64,000 bases of DNA. It comes from Tetramitus jugosus. Taxonomy: Eukaryota; Protista; Heterolobosea. The position numbers and the translations under genes were made by a program. Every line of letters begins with the position of its first letter. The stretch's first letter is position 1. The stretch spans positions 1-64,000 of the forward strand of contig OW569389.1 in assembly GCA_937625935.1 (NCBI GenBank), written 5' to 3'. This document shows positions 40,855 to 52,500 of the stretch, in pieces. The notes beneath the pieces were generated by a model, which worked only from the letters and a program-made list of their open reading frames with translations, was not told the origin of the DNA and ran no database searches.

Positions 40855-41157
40855 GTTCGTTGTTTTCAAGTCATGATTTTAATTGGCCGGATGAGCCGTA
40901 AACTTTTCTTCTCCGCCAAAAAAATATCCGACAAAACGGTGGAATCGTGTTCTTGAGATTTACCAGACGCATAGGGAGATGCTCTTCTTGCAACTGTTAG
41001 TGGTTTCGCTATTATGTCACATTGTTCGAAAAACACAAGATCTGATTCGATTTCACAATTCTTGCGGAGTGAGTATCTCCGATTAGGGATATTCCGAGTT
41101 TCTTTGGAAAGTAAAATTTGAACTAAAGCGAGAAAAACGAACAAGCTTGAAAGAAGG

Positions 41158-44100
41158 ATGTCACACAAAGAATACCAATGGTCCCAGCTGTTATTCAACT
41201 GCTGTTTCGTCATTGTCATCCTTTTGCTTGCTTGCATCGCAGTAACCGAACAACAAACCTCCATCGTCTCTACGACAACAGTGTTTGTCGATGGAGTTGA
41301 CGGTCAAGATGCTGACGACGATCGTTGCCTCTCTGTTCAAACACCTTGTCAATCCATCCAGTTTGCTCTCACTCATTTTTGCAATGGTGAGGCAACTGCT
41401 AAAGAACAAGAATGTTGGATTGTTTTGTTGGGAAATGACTACTACTTTTATGATCGTAATAGTAGTAGTAATGGTGGTAATAGCAGTCGACTGGAAATGC
41501 CGATAGTACCAGAAGAACTTTATCGGTTGCATTTGATGTCCTTGTCGAGTTACTATCGAAAGCACGAAAATAACACAAAGCTGAAGGACACACATGGTGG
41601 AGAAAAAGTAGTAGAGCAGAACAGCACGATTCGGTTGCATTTTGGCAATTCTCCCTACTTGCTTTATGTGCAAAAGGATAGTAAGATTGAAGAATTGTCA
41701 TTGATTGGTGTGAAAATAGAGAATGTGATAGGTTTGGCACTATTTCAGTTGGATCCTGATTTTGCAGGAGACAACAGGTTAACATTTGTTTTAGAAAATA
41801 ATATATTTGAGAATTGGACAAATTCGTTGATTGTTCTGTATGACAGTCCATTTGAAGATATCTCTATTCTTGAAATACCTTACTGGGTGCGTATCAATGA
41901 TTGTCACTTTCAAAATGTGAATACAGACAATCTACTAGTGTTGCAGAATCTCAAGTTAGAGCTGAGAAACACACAATTTGTGAACATGAGTGGGACGCAC
42001 GTATTCCTCATTGAGGATAATCAAGATGAAGTTGGATCGTCCGAAATTGTAATCGATAATATAACGCTATCAGATAGCTCAATCAGCTCTTTCCTAAAAC
42101 TTGTAGCTGAATCTCAGGTGGTTGTGAGGAATTCGGTGTTTGAAAACTCAAAAGAGACAACTGTGTTCGATTGCTTTGTGCATGTCCAAATTTCTATCGA
42201 TAATACTCGCTTTGATGGCATAAAGCATCCTCTATTTTCGACACATTTGGAAGAGGATAAACGAGGTTCTGAAATTTCAATATTCCGCACTCACATAGCT
42301 AATACGAAGGGATTGTATTTACATGAAACGATTGTAAAGATGGAGCACTGCAGTTTCTATATGAACAGTCCTGCCATCAACTGTACCAAATCCTCATCCG
42401 TACTACAACATACAATCTTTACGAGAAACAATCCTGCGTACTATGAGATTCGAACATTATCATCATTTATCAACTCCACATTTGTTGAAAATAGCAATCT
42501 TAAGTCAGGAGCAGCGGTATATAGTTATGAGAGTACTCTGGAAATATCTGGAAGCACATTCACAAGGAATCACGCTCCTGATGGAGGGGCCATCGCAGTT
42601 TACTATGGAGCCGCTCAGATTAGATCATCTACATTTGAGAACAATAATGCTCAAGGTTCCATTGCAAAGCAGAAGAAGGCACTACAAGCTGAGGGTGGAG
42701 CTCTATACATTTTTAATGCAGAAGTTAGCATATCAGACTCTCTTTTCGAACAAAACTCTTGTAATACCTCCCTCAATGACCAAAGTAGAGGAGGAGCCAT
42801 ATTTGCTCAGGACTCTTCCATCAGTTTACATGGAAACACATCATATGTACGCAATACCGCAGCACAAGGAGGTTCTATGTTTCTCTATTCTTCCTATGCT
42901 GCCGAAGAAGAAGCGATCACCTTCTTTGGTGCTTCATTCAGTTACAACAAGGCATTATACGGTGGAGCAATAGCATTTCAAGGATCAATTAATGTAGTAT
43001 ACAACGCTTCTGTGTTGTATTTTGTTGGAAATGAAGCTACTTATGGCGGCGCTATGTATTACTCTGATATGATCACAGATTTTGTTGCAGTGTCTGAATT
43101 TAATTACACATTTCAGGATAACAAGGCGGACCTGGCAGGAGGAGTGATCTATCTCGATTCTAATGATGCTAACGAGCACCTACCAACATTTGCCAAACTT
43201 TTTTCTAAAGTTGGCTCGAGCAACACTGCCCGAGGATATGGTCCTATACTTGCTTCGAAACCTGTTTCTATTCTGCTGAAAGATATCACTTTTGATGAAG
43301 GTGTTCCGTTCAATTATACATATAGCCACATTGACCAGAGTATCCAGTTTGCTACATTTCCAGATAATCAATTTATGATGACAGTTTCAATCTCTGATTG
43401 TTTCAATCAGACCGTAATAGGTATTTCCGGTATGTCCGTTTCTATACTTCGATCAAATGGTTCCCCTAAAGTTAGTGGAGATCAAAATGTGATTATATCT
43501 CCAGAAACTGGGGTTGCTGTGTTTACAAATACCAGAATATCTGGTTTGACCGGAGAAGTCATGAATCTGACTCTCAGAAGCGTACACGTCGAGGAATATG
43601 AAATATCTCTATCTGCTCTCATGCAAGTATGCACTCCTGGGTATGCTCTCCAACATTACAATGTGAATGGATCACAACCATATGAAAAATGCAAACCATG
43701 TGAGATGGGCAGTTACAATTTTGGTCACAATATGTCATTTTGTCACAGTTGTCCTTTGAACTCATACTGTGAAAGAAATAGTGTTGAATCGATGAGTGGA
43801 TACTGGGTCTCGGTTGCCAATGATGGAATTGCTCATAGTTATGCTTGTAACAACGATTTTTGCTCAGGTGGTAATGAATGTCAAGGGAATCGAGATCCCA
43901 AATACCCTGTTTGTCGCGCGTGTAAAGCTGGCTACTCAAATTGGGGAAACAAATGTCTGGAATGTAACAAGACAAACGTAGATGGCTTAGGAATATTCTT
44001 ATTCATGATTTATCTGGGTGGACTATTTCTATTTAATCATGTGTCTTGTCAGTCACCAGCCTCCAACAGTGCATCGAAGCTCTTATTCTTCTTTGCTCAA

Positions 44101-45480
44101 ACGCTGACACTAATGATTCCATCGGGTCAATTCCTCCAATGGACCAAATCCTTATTTGACTTTAACTTCTCAGCACTATTCGTTGGAAAATCCAAGAGTT
44201 CACCAACACTCAAGTGTCCTTTTGCCCGAGATGGATATCTTATCCTTTTAACGAATGTTATTGAGCAATTTAGTTTCTTTGCATTGCTGGGATTCAGTTT
44301 TCTCATTTGTTGCATCATCAAGATTTTAATTGCATGTATTCAATTAAAACGAGAGGGAGCAAACGTGGGGGCAGCCAGTAGACCTGAAGTTATATTGTCA
44401 TTCGACACAGATGAATCAAACGAAGATGATCAGTCTGAGCAAAATGAAGTGGAATCAAGTCAAAACGAATCATCTCGAAGTGGCGCCCTAAAAACAAAAA
44501 TTTTATATGTGAGTATCAAGGGATATGAGGCGTCCAAACAGAAACTATCAGAAATGTTTTTGAGACCCAACGCCTATGTATTATCGTTGATTCAAATCAT
44601 GATCATTACATATCAAGGTATCACCCAAACGGCAGTATCATTCTTCACCTGCAAATGGTATGGAAATTCGTATCATGCCGTGTTCTCTACTGATATAGTC
44701 TGCTATAGCTCAAAGTACAACAAATGGATGGGACTTTATATCATATTGCTTCTGTACAGTTTCATATTTCCATTCGCTCTCATAGCATTTATGGTTATGA
44801 ACAGAAAGAAGCTGTATCATGAGAGATTTGCCTCTCTGTTCGGTACTCTGTACTTGAACTATAAGCCTAACTATTATTGGTGGGAGGGTGTGGCTCTGTT
44901 GAGACGTACACTGATCATTATTGTATTTGCTGGCGTCGAAATGATATTGGACGGACAGTTCCAGCAGTTCGGAATCGATTCTGTTAGTAGCAAGATCAAT
45001 CATGTGGTTGTGGGTGCTGTTTTGTCAGTCCTGTTCCTCATTCATCGATTCACAAATCCCTATGCTAAAAAGTTTGATAACAGTCTGGAGGAGGTCTCTT
45101 ATGCGTCTCTGATAATGGTTTCTTGGATGGCATCCGTGAAAGGTTTGCTAGATACGTTGGACGTTAACAAGCTCAAGGATGCACAGGGTAAGAGTGGAAC
45201 CGAGAGCTTAGAGCGAACGATTGGAATATTCACAATTATCATTAGTATTCCACTGCTCGTGTTTCTCTCAATATACTTTGTCCTCTCTAATGGTATCGTG
45301 AAGAAGCTTCTACGAAAGCTGAAGTCTCTCTTCCTGTCACTCTGGTACAAGCTGTCCACCGTAAGCAGAAGCAGAGAAACATCTGTCCAAGCAATCAACA
45401 ACTCTGAATCAGCAATAGATGTGACAGAAAATGACAATTCAGAACTGTTGGCGACAGATTACGTTCGGGAGTTTCACTGA
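41158..45480 (+). CDS. Large surface protein: Pmp-like beta-helix repeats + Cys-rich (TNFR/ephrin-receptor-like) region + ~7 TM
   Basis: Signal peptide, repeated FxxN...GGA(I/L/M), CKPCEMGSY..CHSCP, GYW, C..GY, TM region with FGTLYLNYK..YWWE..LLRR and PY....N.LE. Confidence 0.88.
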   Translation: MSHKEYQWSQLLFNCCFVIVILLLACIAVTEQQTSIVSTTTVFVDGVDGQDADDDRCLSVQTPCQSIQFALTHFCNGEATAKEQECWIVLLGNDYYFYDRNSSSNGGNSSRLEMPIVPEELYRLHLMSLSSYYRKHENNTKLKDTHGGEKVVEQNSTIRLHFGNSPYLLYVQKDSKIEELSLIGVKIENVIGLALFQLDPDFAGDNRLTFVLENNIFENWTNSLIVLYDSPFEDISILEIPYWVRINDCHFQNVNTDNLLVLQNLKLELRNTQFVNMSGTHVFLIEDNQDEVGSSEIVIDNITLSDSSISSFLKLVAESQVVVRNSVFENSKETTVFDCFVHVQISIDNTRFDGIKHPLFSTHLEEDKRGSEISIFRTHIANTKGLYLHETIVKMEHCSFYMNSPAINCTKSSSVLQHTIFTRNNPAYYEIRTLSSFINSTFVENSNLKSGAAVYSYESTLEISGSTFTRNHAPDGGAIAVYYGAAQIRSSTFENNNAQGSIAKQKKALQAEGGALYIFNAEVSISDSLFEQNSCNTSLNDQSRGGAIFAQDSSISLHGNTSYVRNTAAQGGSMFLYSSYAAEEEAITFFGASFSYNKALYGGAIAFQGSINVVYNASVLYFVGNEATYGGAMYYSDMITDFVAVSEFNYTFQDNKADLAGGVIYLDSNDANEHLPTFAKLFSKVGSSNTARGYGPILASKPVSILLKDITFDEGVPFNYTYSHIDQSIQFATFPDNQFMMTVSISDCFNQTVIGISGMSVSILRSNGSPKVSGDQNVIISPETGVAVFTNTRISGLTGEVMNLTLRSVHVEEYEISLSALMQVCTPGYALQHYNVNGSQPYEKCKPCEMGSYNFGHNMSFCHSCPLNSYCERNSVESMSGYWVSVANDGIAHSYACNNDFCSGGNECQGNRDPKYPVCRACKAGYSNWGNKCLECNKTNVDGLGIFLFMIYLGGLFLFNHVSCQSPASNSASKLLFFFAQTLTLMIPSGQFLQWTKSLFDFNFSALFVGKSKSSPTLKCPFARDGYLILLTNVIEQFSFFALLGFSFLICCIIKILIACIQLKREGANVGAASRPEVILSFDTDESNEDDQSEQNEVESSQNESSRSGALKTKILYVSIKGYEASKQKLSEMFLRPNAYVLSLIQIMIITYQGITQTAVSFFTCKWYGNSYHAVFSTDIVCYSSKYNKWMGLYIILLLYSFIFPFALIAFMVMNRKKLYHERFASLFGTLYLNYKPNYYWWEGVALLRRTLIIIVFAGVEMILDGQFQQFGIDSVSSKINHVVVGAVLSVLFLIHRFTNPYAKKFDNSLEEVSYASLIMVSWMASVKGLLDTLDVNKLKDAQGKSGTESLERTIGIFTIIISIPLLVFLSIYFVLSNGIVKKLLRKLKSLFLSLWYKLSTVSRSRETSVQAINNSESAIDVTENDNSELLATDYVREFH

Positions 45481-45617
45481 TGACATACAACAGTTGTTCG
45501 TAAATTCAACACTCACCATATCCAGTTGACAATTCGCCGACTTGTCATTTTCGCACAACCGAGATTGCCCGAACATGAAAAAAAATCGCCATCTGCGCCA
45601 CACACAAACACAATCAA

Positions 45618-46946
45618 ATGTCATCCTCTGATCTGGTGAGTCACTTGACTGGTGCTGCAGCAAACGTCTTGCTCAGCAATCTCACCACCACCACCACCAC
45701 CACCAGCTCTCAACAAGTTCTCCCCAGTCTTCTCAGCCAATTTCTCTCCCTGTTTTTTACCTCTCAACAAACATCAACTACAACATCAAGCTTAGCTACT
45801 ACAACAAAAACCAATGATTTTTATTTTGGTTTGGAACCAGGTCCAGGTGGAATTCTAGGTAACTATGGTGACTATAGTATGGTTGGTGCTGCTGCTGCAA
45901 GCTACAATAGTACTTGTCCTAGACCTGCTATTCTTCACATTAATGATAAGCTACAACTGACAGAGGCAACATTGATACCAACATGTGTGTTGGCATTGAT
46001 GATTGGTCTCTACACGTCCAACCGTCTCAAAAAATCCTTTTTTTCAAGTGGTGCGAACAACAACACTGATCGCAAAAAGAAGGATGGAGATGAGGATTTG
46101 TTTCCTAGTCGTTGGATCTATCGTTTGGCCTTTTTCTTGTTTGGTATCATGATGACAAGTGCAATGGTGCTCCATTGCTTTATTGTCCCTGGGAGAACAC
46201 TGAGCTATTTGCTTGCTCTGTTGGTGGACGTTGGTCTCACGAGCTCCATTGCCGCCATTTTCATGTGGGCGGGTTTGGCTGATATTTTCGTAATTGACGC
46301 CAAATCGCGAACCGCGAAAATTTCAGTTTACGGTAGCATCGTCGCTCTTTTTGTCGCGTATTTCTATGGTATTGCGATTGCGAATCGACCAGAGGCCACT
46401 TTTATCATTTTGTACTCTGGAGTCGTTGGTGTCACATGCACCATTTACCTTGTGACTCAAATCATTCTTCTATGGAAGATGAAATCACTGAGAGGTGTTG
46501 GAAGCCTTGTCACGTGTGGTTGGTCCGGTGGTATCGGTTTTGCAGCTGTTGTCTTTATTAGCAACGATGTTTGCAATGTTTTGGGTCCCTATTGGTCCAG
46601 CTTGATCACACCAGAGTTCATTTGGTTCATCTTGAGTGATGTCAGCGTCTATTACATGTTTCTCTATGTTTACAAGTCAAGACACGAGAGAGCAAAACTC
46701 GCACAGTCGTTTTCTCTCCTGCGTGGTAACAAGGACAAGAAGAAGAGAGACAAGGGTGCTTATCAACAAGTGAACCAGATGGATGACGACGATCAACAAC
46801 CATTTGATTATGAAAATCAAATGAATCGTAATGTCAATGGCGGTAACAGAGAACTGGTCATTTACGGCCATGGAGAAGTGGTGCAACAGCAACATCAACC
46901 ACATCACTACCCCGTTTCCCACTTCAGACACTATCCAATGATCTAG
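45618..46946 (+). CDS. Multi-pass (7-8 TM) membrane protein, family unknown
   Basis: Intact 442-aa ORF with serial hydrophobic segments and GIMMTSAMVLHC / WFILSD motifs. Confidence 0.75.
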   Translation: MSSSDLVSHLTGAAANVLLSNLTTTTTTTSSQQVLPSLLSQFLSLFFTSQQTSTTTSSLATTTKTNDFYFGLEPGPGGILGNYGDYSMVGAAAASYNSTCPRPAILHINDKLQLTEATLIPTCVLALMIGLYTSNRLKKSFFSSGANNNTDRKKKDGDEDLFPSRWIYRLAFFLFGIMMTSAMVLHCFIVPGRTLSYLLALLVDVGLTSSIAAIFMWAGLADIFVIDAKSRTAKISVYGSIVALFVAYFYGIAIANRPEATFIILYSGVVGVTCTIYLVTQIILLWKMKSLRGVGSLVTCGWSGGIGFAAVVFISNDVCNVLGPYWSSLITPEFIWFILSDVSVYYMFLYVYKSRHERAKLAQSFSLLRGNKDKKKRDKGAYQQVNQMDDDDQQPFDYENQMNRNVNGGNRELVIYGHGEVVQQQHQPHHYPVSHFRHYPMI

Positions 46947-47740
46947 ATGTGATAAGATGACTGGATAATTTGGCGACAATCAGGCTCGTGATTGGTAGCT
47001 TGTGTACAATAAATAACGCTGATATCTATCACACACAAACTCGCTGGTATCACGGACGTTGTCTACAGATACACACATCTGTTGACAACGTCAACAAATG
47101 TTTGTGTGATGTAGGTAATACCACATCGTCAACAATCAACTCAAATATCAGAGAAACTGGACATTCTGGTTTGTGCACAAAAATCTTTCTCCCAGAAGAG
47201 CGAGCAGGTGATGCCTCGTATGGTGACTCTTCTACTGAATTCACACACTAATAATCCCAGGTTATAATAATCAGATTGAACTCCTTCTTGGAAGCAAGAT
47301 TGGAGGTAACCTTTCAAGGAAAAGGGCGTAACTACCATCGCCATACTCCCATCACCCTGATGGTCCTGATTGCTTTTCTCATACGCTAATTTTCGCCACG
47401 GTCCCTAAAAAAAGATTTCCTAACGAGGGATTAGGAGCTGTGGAGAAACATCCCTTTTATTGCGGCAATTGGCCTGGGTGAAAATATCATTCACCTCTGC
47501 TACTACCACACACCAAGTAACAAAAACAAACACAACAACATCAGTTTTGTGCTGCACCAAGAAGCTATACCTAACACACTCCTTGGTATTTCAACAGAGT
47601 TCTATTGCCTGCCTCTCCTGAGCCATCGTACGATCCCTTTTCAGAACACTTCCTGCCTATTCTGATCTCACCCAAGTAACAAGAACTTAGGTCCTGCTCT
47701 ATTAACTCTATAACAACAACCTCAAGAAGAAAGAACAAGC

Positions 47741-49165
47741 ATGGGTGCGTCCAATAGCAAAAGCCATGATAGCAATAACAATAGCTACAGCCGTAGCAAT
47801 AGTAATTCTGGCTCTCTTGTGATACGGCCAACTGCAGCTGCTGAAACCAGTGGTGAAAGCACAGGCAGAAAATCACATTCTACATCCTCATCATCCTCAT
47901 CTCCCTCTCTGCTGCACAGGAGGCGAATGAGCAAGATCATCCGGCTCAAAATTGGAAGCATTTCCAATGCGAGGAGCAAAGTTATCTCTGCAGCAAGCAG
48001 CGGAAGTGGTAGCGGCAGTCCTGTTCAAGCTCTCGTTAGAACACCGATCAAGAGGCTATTCGGATCTTCCGTCGCATCATACGGTGCCGGCTCACCTTTA
48101 TCTGCTTCCCAACAGGCCAAAAATTGCGGATTCGTCTGTAGCCTCGAAGATGAAATTCCGAACGAAGTACTGCTCCATATTTTGCAATTTTGTCCGCTCT
48201 CCGACGTATTACGATTCTCTGGTGTTAGCCGCCATTGCCACTCGTTGATCATTTCTGACCAAGAGTCGTTGCTCTGGTTATCCTTTTTCATGTGCTGTCA
48301 GAGAAATTTGTCATCAGATGCCGTGGTCCTTCATTCTTCCGCTTCCAACACCTCGAGTGTTGAAGAGGCCAATGAAGAGTCCACTGAACTAATACGCAAA
48401 AATGCGGGTCAATTATCTCTCGTATCCGATTCGAAGCTAAGCATGATGGATTCGGTGGAGCGAAGCGAGCGAATACTGCAAGAGGCACAAAGAATACTGT
48501 GTCGTATACGGTCGACTCAACCAGAGGAGACCTACATGTCTCAGGTTCAACAGTTTATGATGACCATGCGATTTGATACAAAGGTGCCAGTTGATCACCA
48601 GGAATTGCACTTTTCAGAGACGAAGCTCATGGTGCGAAGTCAACGTGGTGCACATTCGACCAATTCATGGGAAACTGTGCCCATGAACACTACTCTCTCA
48701 ATCAACAAGAAGAGAGTATTCTCATGGAAAGTTCGATGTGACTACATTGAGAAGAAGATGGGCAATTCTTGGTGGATTATCATCGGAGTCGAGAGTACAT
48801 TGTTCCCATGGACAAAACAAAACCATAGAACAGATGTCATTGGTTATGACACGAAGAGAGGACATCACGGATGTGGACTCATTGTAGGAACGGGAGAGAT
48901 TAGTCAAGGAGGAACCCGGACACCTACATACAATCAAACCGATCCAGACAATGAGATTAAGCAAGGTGATTGGATCGGAATGACTGTCAGATGTGGAAAG
49001 TACTCCACTCAGTCCATTTCCTTTTATCATCGTGGCAGAGAGATTTGCACTAGGACACTGAAGGGAAGTCATTCTCACAGTGACAAATTTAGGCCTTGTG
49101 TCAGTCTTACGAAGCGATCTCAAGTAACCATTGGATACTGGGATGGTGATCTGTCACAGTTGTAA
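47741..49165 (+). CDS. F-box + SPRY-domain protein with an N-myristoylation motif
   Basis: MGASNSK; IPNEVLLHILQF..DVLRFSGVSR (F-box); FSWKVR..WIIIGV..QGDWIGM..ISFYHRG..FRPCVSL (SPRY). Confidence 0.88.
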   Translation: MGASNSKSHDSNNNSYSRSNSNSGSLVIRPTAAAETSGESTGRKSHSTSSSSSSPSLLHRRRMSKIIRLKIGSISNARSKVISAASSGSGSGSPVQALVRTPIKRLFGSSVASYGAGSPLSASQQAKNCGFVCSLEDEIPNEVLLHILQFCPLSDVLRFSGVSRHCHSLIISDQESLLWLSFFMCCQRNLSSDAVVLHSSASNTSSVEEANEESTELIRKNAGQLSLVSDSKLSMMDSVERSERILQEAQRILCRIRSTQPEETYMSQVQQFMMTMRFDTKVPVDHQELHFSETKLMVRSQRGAHSTNSWETVPMNTTLSINKKRVFSWKVRCDYIEKKMGNSWWIIIGVESTLFPWTKQNHRTDVIGYDTKRGHHGCGLIVGTGEISQGGTRTPTYNQTDPDNEIKQGDWIGMTVRCGKYSTQSISFYHRGREICTRTLKGSHSHSDKFRPCVSLTKRSQVTIGYWDGDLSQL

Positions 49166-49282
49166 ATAGTGGAAAATACAAATGCGGTCGGGATATACAT
49201 GTAAGAATTGTATATTCTTATTATCGACTATAATTTTTGCTTTTTATAAAAGAATGTTAGGAACCTTAAGACGTGTTTTCCT

Positions 49283-52261
49283 TTAGTTGTAAGAATTCTG
49301 GTGGGATGCAGGAGGAGAATGTTTTCCGCTCGTTAAAAATGTTGTTTGTTTCAATTTCGAATGAGCTCTGCCCAACAACACTTGAAGCTGTCGCAGAGAA
49401 GCCTCATCGACTGAGATATCACCAACACTCGCTTCTGAGCGATCATCTGGGATCGAGTCACGATAATAGTCGTGTTGTTGACTGCTTTGGAAAGATGAGC
49501 TTGTTCGATTCATTCTCGATTCCTCTTCTCGTTGAGCAAACGAGTTATGATCCGTTCGTGTGCTATTGTTTCCAAAATTTAAACTCTTCACGCTTTCACT
49601 AATGCTAATGTTCATTGGTGGATCAGAACTCTCCCCAGCTCTACTTTTCATCAACATACTGTTGGAAATCAGACGCGATGGAGGAGAGTTTGGTACAGTG
49701 GATCTTCCTAAGTATGACGATTGATTCATTGTCGTGTTTCGGAAGTCGGGCTCTGTCTTCCTATACCTGTTGGCTGCTTCTGATCCCAATAAGTGTTTCT
49801 CTAGGAACTCGACGCGATCAGTGAGAGATGAGATCACCTGTTGAGATCGAATCAGCTTCGTGTTCAATTCTGTTGATGTTGAATCTAGAGTGTGTATGCT
49901 CTGTTCTTGCTGTGAAATTTGAGAATTCAAACCATTCTTAAATCTCTCTTCAATTGTTTTCATTTGGTCTGTTAACTCGATCCGAAGTGCTTTCATTTGC
50001 TCTTGAATCCGTGCTTCATGTTCCACCCTCAACTGTATTCCTTCTTCTTCCACCCATCTTTGCTCCTCTGCCATCTTGGCGATGACTTTTTGTTGTTGAT
50101 CTAATCGATCTTCTAACATGCGATGCATTGAATTGATCTCTCGTCCAGTATTGAAATCTACTTCGGATATCTTAAGATTTAACCTCTCTTCCAGATTAAG
50201 CATTTCTTGGCGCAATTTGGATTCAATCTCAACTTTTGCAAGCTCGATTGCAGAAGATGACTCCCTTATTATGGCGCTGGGTGGATTCAACTGACTAGGA
50301 CCGTCATAGTAAAGATGGCTATGTGAATTAGATTGATAGTTCATGCTGTTGTTCATGGATTGGTGATCGTGAATTGATACCAGTCTCATACTCTCTTCAA
50401 CAAGACCTTTGGCATACACTCTAACATTATCAATTTCATATTGCATATCTAAACCCAGTTTTGCAATTTGATGACTCAATCTCGCCTCTACCCCCGATAA
50501 ATCTATATGATTGTTGACGGAGTATGACACATCTCTTTTGGTTTCTTCGATGCTGTCCCGAAGTTGGTTCTGGTGTAGTTGAGGTGATGAGGGTTGAGAC
50601 TTGGGTTGTTTTACTGCTTGATGTTGTGAAACATTGACTTTGACTGACGGTTCTTCTGCCACTACTCTCTGCTTCTCTAATCGATCTGCAATTATTCTCT
50701 GGTACTCTATATCGTTAGCTAAGTCATTGTTGGGAATTAACCCTGAACTATACAAACTTTTAAGATCTCTCGTTATGTTTTCATATTCCCTAACTTCGGA
50801 ATCAGAATTGAAATAAGGCGGCTGTCCAGGTGATGTTCTGGAGTGATACCTACTAGGACTATCGCTATAGAGTTTGTAAGTAAAATGATCCTTTGAATAT
50901 TCGCGAGAATTATCCGTGTCGTTTTCTGTTTCTGTTGTGACACTCTTGGACTTCTGCTCGACAGTAGGTGGAGCTCCATCTATTTCTAGCAATATTCCTT
51001 GCATATCAAACTTTGTTAGCGATGTATTCTTCTTCAACATATCTGCGAGAGCCATGGCTCCCTGAACTCGAATCAAATTAGATCCTAGATACAGCTCCTG
51101 TACGTTGTTTCGATTCAAACTGAACTCTCTCGCAATTTCTTTCGCTCCCTCATCGTCGATTCTGTTGTTCCTTAAGTTCAATTTTAAGAGAAAGTTGTTG
51201 GTTCGTAATCCATGGACAATGCGAATTGCTCCCTTGGATGAAATTTTGTTACGACTCAAATCCAAATCTTTCATTGCAACATTGCGAGTCAACATGTCTC
51301 CAATAGCAGCTGCTCCATCATCGGCGATTCGGTTTTCTTTCAGATTCAAGTAACTACAATAGTAATTATCCTTTAATCCCTCCACCAGTAACTGAATACA
51401 CGCATCATCCAAATAATTGTGAGAAAGATCGAGAACCTTGATACGAGTGGAGGACAAGATATCGATCAACCGGCTCATTGCCAATTGAGAACGACTACCA
51501 GATGATTTGCCAATCTCATTCTCGAACAAGAACAGTTGAGTCAGGGCAGTTTTCGATGGGCTGCTCAATAGATTTTTACAAAGCTCTGATAGTATCTCGT
51601 CATCCAAACCAGAATCACCCAACGATAACTTTGTCAGTGTCGTGTTCACAGAAAAGAATGAAACAAACTCCAATGCAGCTTGTTTCTCAATAATACTGTG
51701 TGTCAAATCTAATTCTGTTATTGTTCTATTCTTTTTCATTGCATCACCAATTGCAACTAAATCATTACTCTCCTGTTCATGATGTTGTTAGAATCTTTGT
51801 TTGAACGAATGGACAAGATAAACCATATTCCTACTAAAACTACATACTAGAGGATTCTTTCTATTTGATAAAATGCATGACCTAGTGGAGCTGTTGCTCA
51901 ATGCTAACAAGAATTCTAAAACGGGTTCGACACCTAGATCGGAACACTTTTGAATATAGGACTCTCGTTCCTCGCTGTGCAATGAGGATGCAGGTGCAGA
52001 TGACTTACTTGGAGAAGGACTCTTGTTGGATAGTTTAGAGCTATTGACTGAGGAAGTCGTCGTATCTTCGTCATAGACATTGGGTTCAAAAGAAGGAGAG
52101 CAACCTACGGCGAATGAAATGGTAAGATCCTTGTTCTCCAAATGATAAATCATTAATAGCAATAACATACTAATCACATAATTGGGAGGAACATTGCCTC
52201 CTGGTGTTCTGGGCGATCTTGGAGAGGAAATTGCTGCAGAATTGGATCTCTTTCTGATCAT
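49283..52261 (-). CDS. RNI-like leucine-rich-repeat + coiled-coil protein; predicted introns 52170-52105 and 51847-51773
   Basis: LxxLxLxxNxI 28-residue repeats and a coiled-coil C-terminal half. Two GTATGT...YAG introns (66 and 75 nt; the second has CTAAC) join ORF 51788-52261 in frame to 49283-51739. Confidence 0.85.
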
Positions 52262-52500
52262 TTGGATACAAACTTCAATTGTTCACAATAGAATCAAAAC
52301 GTTCTGGCAATGAAAATCGTTCTTGTTCTCCGCTTTTGATGAGAATTATAGACGTTAGCCGTTATATTTAAGTTTGACATGCCTGTCGAAGAAAATGTAA
52401 GAAATGTAAGAAAACATCTATTGTTATATACAATCGAACCCATACATTGCAGTTCTTATTTAATACACAGTGCGAGCTTACGATTAGTTAAAACAGTGTT

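Noticed and set aside
46970-47740. ncRNA or small gene in the long intergenic gap
   Set aside because: No recognisable RNA motif, telomerase template or convincing ORF.
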